Origin: Patescibacteria group bacterium
GTDB lineage: Bacteria; Patescibacteriota; Patescibacteriia; Magasanikbacterales; GWA2-37-8
NCBI GenBank assembly: GCA_041651015.1
Contig: JBAZKA010000001.1
Coordinates: 205,158 to 269,157, forward strand
DNA length: 64,000 bases
Direction of reading: 5' to 3'
Under the pieces are notes generated by a model. The model was given only the letters and a program-made list of their open reading frames with translations, ran no database searches and had not been told where the DNA came from. Both the position numbers and the translations under genes were made by a program. Below are positions 61,732-64,000 of this stretch, piece by piece; the stretch's first letter is position 1; each line of letters opens with the position of its first letter.

Positions 61732-62482
61732 ATTTATTTACAGTTTCCAATAACGCCTCGGCAAAAATATCACGTAATTTATTCAATTTTTTTCGATCAA
61801 GTTTGTTATTTTTTATATATAAACCCTCATCGGTTTCCTGGTGTATAATTGGAATGCCGGAACCATTATTTCTCCACCCAAATTTGTCACAAATATACTC
61901 ATCCACGTCCATGTAAGCGGAATTGATCCCGATAGTCACTCCCGGGAGGTGTTTCCTCAATTCATTTACATAAATCTTAACCAAGTCATCCGGCGCAAAT
62001 TTACGAGTTTTTTCACCAACCTTAGTAATATTGGAAATTACAATTCTGTGTCTTAATTTTTCCTTTAAACTTGAGTGCCCGGCAATGGTGGTGTGTCCGT
62101 TAAAAATTATTACTCCGTTAAATCGTGATATTTTATCGTAATATTTGTAACAATATTTCTTTATTAATTCTTTTCTAAAAATGACAGAGGGTTTGATTTT
62201 ATAGACATCAACACCCCTAATATTCAACGGACAGCTTTCGTTTAACTTTGACGGACGTCGGCACACGTTTAAGAAAATTTGGCTATAAGGAAACAATAGT
62301 TGTCTGCTACCGATTAATTGCTGGAAATTATAGAGCTTATCTGAATATCGATCTGTTTCAGCTTCATTTGAAGACAAAAATCTTTCTTGATGGCCTGAAA
62401 GCCAGTCGGCTTTTATTTCTTTTGGCCTAGCGCGTGATGCGTGAGGAATAATGACTAAAATATTTTTCGCTCCCTTTTTCAT
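61712..62482 (-). CDS. N-formylglutamate amidohydrolase-like protein (divergent)
   Basis: VIIPHA, ETDRYSDKLY, GHT, N.AY, IHQE..LY follow the FGase motif order. Confidence 0.55.
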   Translation of the reverse strand: MKKGAKNILVIIPHASRARPKEIKADWLSGHQERFLSSNEAETDRYSDKLYNFQQLIGSRQLLFPYSQIFLNVCRRPSKLNESCPLNIRGVDVYKIKPSVIFRKELIKKYCYKYYDKISRFNGVIIFNGHTTIAGHSSLKEKLRHRIVISNITKVGEKTRKFAPDDLVKIYVNELRKHLPGVTIGINSAYMDVDEYICDKFGWRNNGSGIPIIHQETDEGLYIKNNKLDRKKLNKLRDIFAEALLETVNKYAEKNN

Positions 62483-62487
62483 AATAA

Positions 62488-62889
62488 TTACAACAATTCA
62501 CTTTCTTCTCTCATGCAATTTACTTTTTTTATCATTTCTTTATATTTTTTCTCAATTATACCGGCATCGTGCATGTCGCCATTATCAACAACAGTATTAA
62601 CATCATATCCGGGCGTCCTCATTAGCACCTCCTCAAGAAAATCAATATTATATACGAGTTGAAAAAACCGCGCTTCCGCTTCATGACAAATATCAAATCC
62701 ATTCTCCATTCTATTGACAATCGTTTTTCTCTCCTCAATGCACGCAGAAATAATTTCCCGCAATCTCGCCGCATCTCCCAAGGTCAAAGTAAATCCATGC
62801 TTTTCAAACCGAGATTGCAATTTTTTATACACTCCGTCTCGATATATTTTTTCCACCTCCTGCTCGGGCATTATTTGCCTCTCCTGCAT
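62488..62889 (-). CDS. Hypothetical protein
   Basis: 133-aa ORF tightly packed in the iscS operon. Confidence 0.6.
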   Translation of the reverse strand: MQERQIMPEQEVEKIYRDGVYKKLQSRFEKHGFTLTLGDAARLREIISACIEERKTIVNRMENGFDICHEAEARFFQLVYNIDFLEEVLMRTPGYDVNTVVDNGDMHDAGIIEKKYKEMIKKVNCMREESELL

Positions 62890-62907
62890 AAGTATTGGAT
62901 TAATTTA

Positions 62908-63999
62908 TTATTTATACTTGGGGTGTTTTGTCACAGAATTTACCGGACTAATTTCGCGAAGGGTGCTAATTATTGCCGGCAAATATTTCATCAGATAATC
63001 AATATCGGCTTTTGCATTACTTCGTCCGAAAGTAAAACGAATAGAACCATGCGCCATTTCATAAGACATGCCCATGGCGCGAAGCACATGAGACGGCTCC
63101 AATGATTCCGAGGTGCAAGCCGAGCCGGTAGAGCACATTATACCATACTCATCCATATACAAAAGCATGGCCTCGCCCTCAATATTTTTAAAGGTGACAT
63201 TAAGATTATTTGGCAATCTGGATTCCCCTATTTCCGGACCGTTTAATTTAATTTCGGGAATATTTTTTGTAATCTGTCCCCATAAATATTTTGTTAACTC
63301 GCGTTCGCGTATGCTTTCTTTTTCTTTCAATGCTTGCGCAATTTCCAAGGCTTTGGCCAAACCAACAATGCCGGCCGTATTTTCCGTGCCGGCGCGCATA
63401 GATTTTTCCTGGCCCCCGCCAAAAATAATCGGCGAGATTTTTACTCCACGGCGTACATACAGGGCGCCAACACCTTTAGGCCCGTAAATTTTACCGCCGT
63501 TTATGGACATTAAATCCACGTGTGTTTTCTCAACGTCCAAATCCAAATATCCGGCTGCTTGGCAGGCATCAGTATGAAATAACGGATAAATAGAGTTGTT
63601 TGCTTTACGAAACTTCAAAATCTCACGACCAATATCCGCAATTGGTTCAATCGAGCCCATCTCATTGTTGGCAAACATTATCGTGATCAAAATTGTATCC
63701 GGCCGTATGGCCTTGGCCACAGCCTCAGACGAAACTAAACCATTTTTGTCCACCGGCACATAAGTAATTTCAAAACCTTCCTTGACCAACTCTTCAAGTG
63801 GTCGCAATACTGCATGATGTTCAATGGCTAAAGAAATTATATGTTTGCCTTTGTGCGCATGCGCCCGGGCTGTGCCAAATATCGCCATATTGTCCGACTC
63901 GCTGCCACCGGCCGTAAAAAAAATATTTTCCGGCAAGGCGTGCATGAGCGAGGCAATTGTTTTGCGCGCATCATCAACCGCGTTTCTGGCTTCTCGCCC
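62908..63999 (-). CDS. iscS: Cysteine desulfurase IscS/NifS (5' truncated by window)
   Basis: FTAGGSESDN, IEHHAV, HTDACQ, KIYGPKG, RAGTEN, STGSACTS; frame open to the window edge. Confidence 0.93.
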   Translation of the reverse strand, partial: GREARNAVDDARKTIASLMHALPENIFFTAGGSESDNMAIFGTARAHAHKGKHIISLAIEHHAVLRPLEELVKEGFEITYVPVDKNGLVSSEAVAKAIRPDTILITIMFANNEMGSIEPIADIGREILKFRKANNSIYPLFHTDACQAAGYLDLDVEKTHVDLMSINGGKIYGPKGVGALYVRRGVKISPIIFGGGQEKSMRAGTENTAGIVGLAKALEIAQALKEKESIRERELTKYLWGQITKNIPEIKLNGPEIGESRLPNNLNVTFKNIEGEAMLLYMDEYGIMCSTGSACTSESLEPSHVLRAMGMSYEMAHGSIRFTFGRSNAKADIDYLMKYLPAIISTLREISPVNSVTKHPKYK

Positions 64000-64000
64000 C

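Overview
The window looks like chromosomal DNA from a Patescibacteria/CPR-type bacterium, possibly ABY1/Magasanikbacteria-like. That placement is an inference from gene content and from the AT-rich, Shine-Dalgarno-less leaders of the core genes. Contents in order: (i) an AT-rich defence island at 1-4.3 kb (EcoRI-family adenine methyltransferase, PIN nuclease, DUF262-HNH endonuclease, Schlafen/AlbA_2-HATPase); (ii) a surface-glycan cluster (flippase, GT4, GT2, O-antigen ligase-like); (iii) housekeeping and cell-envelope genes (fmt, def, degenerate priA, clpB, tagA/wecG, gltX, M23 peptidase, xer, ftsQ, alr, serS, lysS, greA, mrdA-mreDCB, dciA, UvrD-nuclease, ABC exporter, a full F-type atp operon, tatD, Memo-CapA fusion, cvpA, metG, rsmI); (iv) a second defence pair (DUF2779 nuclease and an extended GmrSD); (v) an iscS-nifU-ferredoxin cluster. 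Four signals not shown by the ORF track stand out: a 46-aa, 11-Cys metallothionein-like gene with its own promoter (40377-40517); several palindromic REP/MITE-like elements at gene junctions, two of them translated in-frame inside genes; three self-contained ORFan cassettes with promoter, strong SD and terminator; and a variant CIRCE operator upstream of clpB. I recognised no tRNA, rRNA or CRISPR array. All family assignments come from motif reading, not database searches.
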